64,000 nt of DNA, from positions 704,001 through 768,000 of the forward strand of contig CAVYTU010000014.1 in NCBI GenBank assembly GCA_963771465.1, written 5' to 3'. The notes under the pieces are model-generated. The model saw only the letters and a list, made by a program, of their open reading frames with translations, was not told where the DNA came from and ran no database searches. The DNA is from an uncultured delta proteobacterium (GTDB taxonomy: Bacteria > Desulfobacterota > Binatia > UBA9968). Within the stretch, counting starts at the first letter, position 1. The number at the start of each line of letters is the position of its first letter. The translations under genes were made by a program, and so were the position numbers. Positions 63,427 to 64,000 of the stretch are shown piece after piece.

Positions 63427-63557
63427 CGAGAGCCTCCCGGTTGCCCATGGATCCGGCCTGAGGATTAACACCGATAGCGAGCCAGCGTCAATGTGCCGGA
63501 CTCGCCGATACCTTACTGTGACGATCAGCTCGAACGCTATTCTGCGCCGATGTTACC

Positions 63558-63586
63558 TTGACAAGATGGTGCTTTTCCAATACAAA
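63558..63586 (+). promoter_or_regulatory. Sigma70-like promoter of the nuo operon
   Basis: TTGACA (63558)-17 nt-TACAAA (63581). Confidence 0.55.
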
Positions 63587-63670
63587 TTTTGGTAGATCAA
63601 GCGATCTTTAAGTAATTAAATCCATACCTTTTCACTGGGGGGAGGTATGGGTTTTTTTAATAAGCGATCC

Positions 63671-64000
63671 ATGCATCATCCCTATTTTCCGCTGGTCATT
63701 ATTTTCGCGGTAGCTGCGGTAGTGGTTGTGGCGTTGCTTTTGGTAGCGTCCAAAGTTGGGCCGAAGTCCACCAACCTAGCCAAAGGTGACCCGTTCGAAT
63801 CCGGCAACCCTCCGAGAGGCGACGCGCGCATTCGTTTCTCGATAAAATTCTATCTGGTCGCCATGTTGTTCCTGATCTTCGATTTGGAAGTGGTGTTCCT
63901 CTATCCCTGGGCAATCTATTTTCGCCAGTTAGGCGTATTCGGTTTGGTTCAGATGGGGATATTCCTGACGATTCTAGCCATCGGTTACGCTTACGTGTGG
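63671..64000 (+). CDS. nuoA: NADH-quinone oxidoreductase subunit A; 3'-truncated
   Basis: Translates to ..[33 protein letters not shown]; not in the ORF track because it has no stop in the window. Confidence 0.95.
   Translation, partial: MHHPYFPLVIIFAVAAVVVVALLLVASKVGPKSTNLAKGDPFESGNPPRGDARIRFSIKFYLVAMLFLIFDLEVVFLYPWAIYFRQLGVFGLVQMGIFLTILAIGYAYVW

Overview
A 64 kb, moderately GC-rich bacterial chromosomal segment from a diderm of deltaproteobacterial type. The gene content (HTH-pilMNOPQ-aroCKBQ, many orphan solute-binding proteins, VOC and HDO enzymes) suggests Candidatus Binatia/Binatota, but this is inference only. The left half is mostly housekeeping: a chromate-resistance pair, 2-oxoacid:ferredoxin oxidoreductase, clpSA, tRNA-Pro(CGG), priA-def-fmt-rsmB-rpe, pilMNOPQ and aroCKBQ. 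The right half holds three accessory systems that match no pathway I can name: (1) an ExbB/ExbD/TonB-like motor co-transcribed with two exported 24-aa Dx[DN]xDG beta-repeat proteins and adjacent to a VWA protein, with no TonB-dependent receptor or TolB/Pal; (2) a dlt-like acyl-AMP ligase / carrier protein / MBOAT operon with an LtaS/OpgB-type transferase in place of DltD, next to uppP and a DedA protein; (3) a B12-radical SAM / SDR / flavin oxidase / heme-oxygenase-like diiron enzyme / methyltransferase cluster. Three genes are frameshifted, possibly through sequencing error. A set of intergenic 7-8-mer inverted tandem-repeat hairpins recurs, and a terminator-like hairpin lies in the nuoA leader. 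No CRISPR array, rRNA, transposase or prophage was seen.
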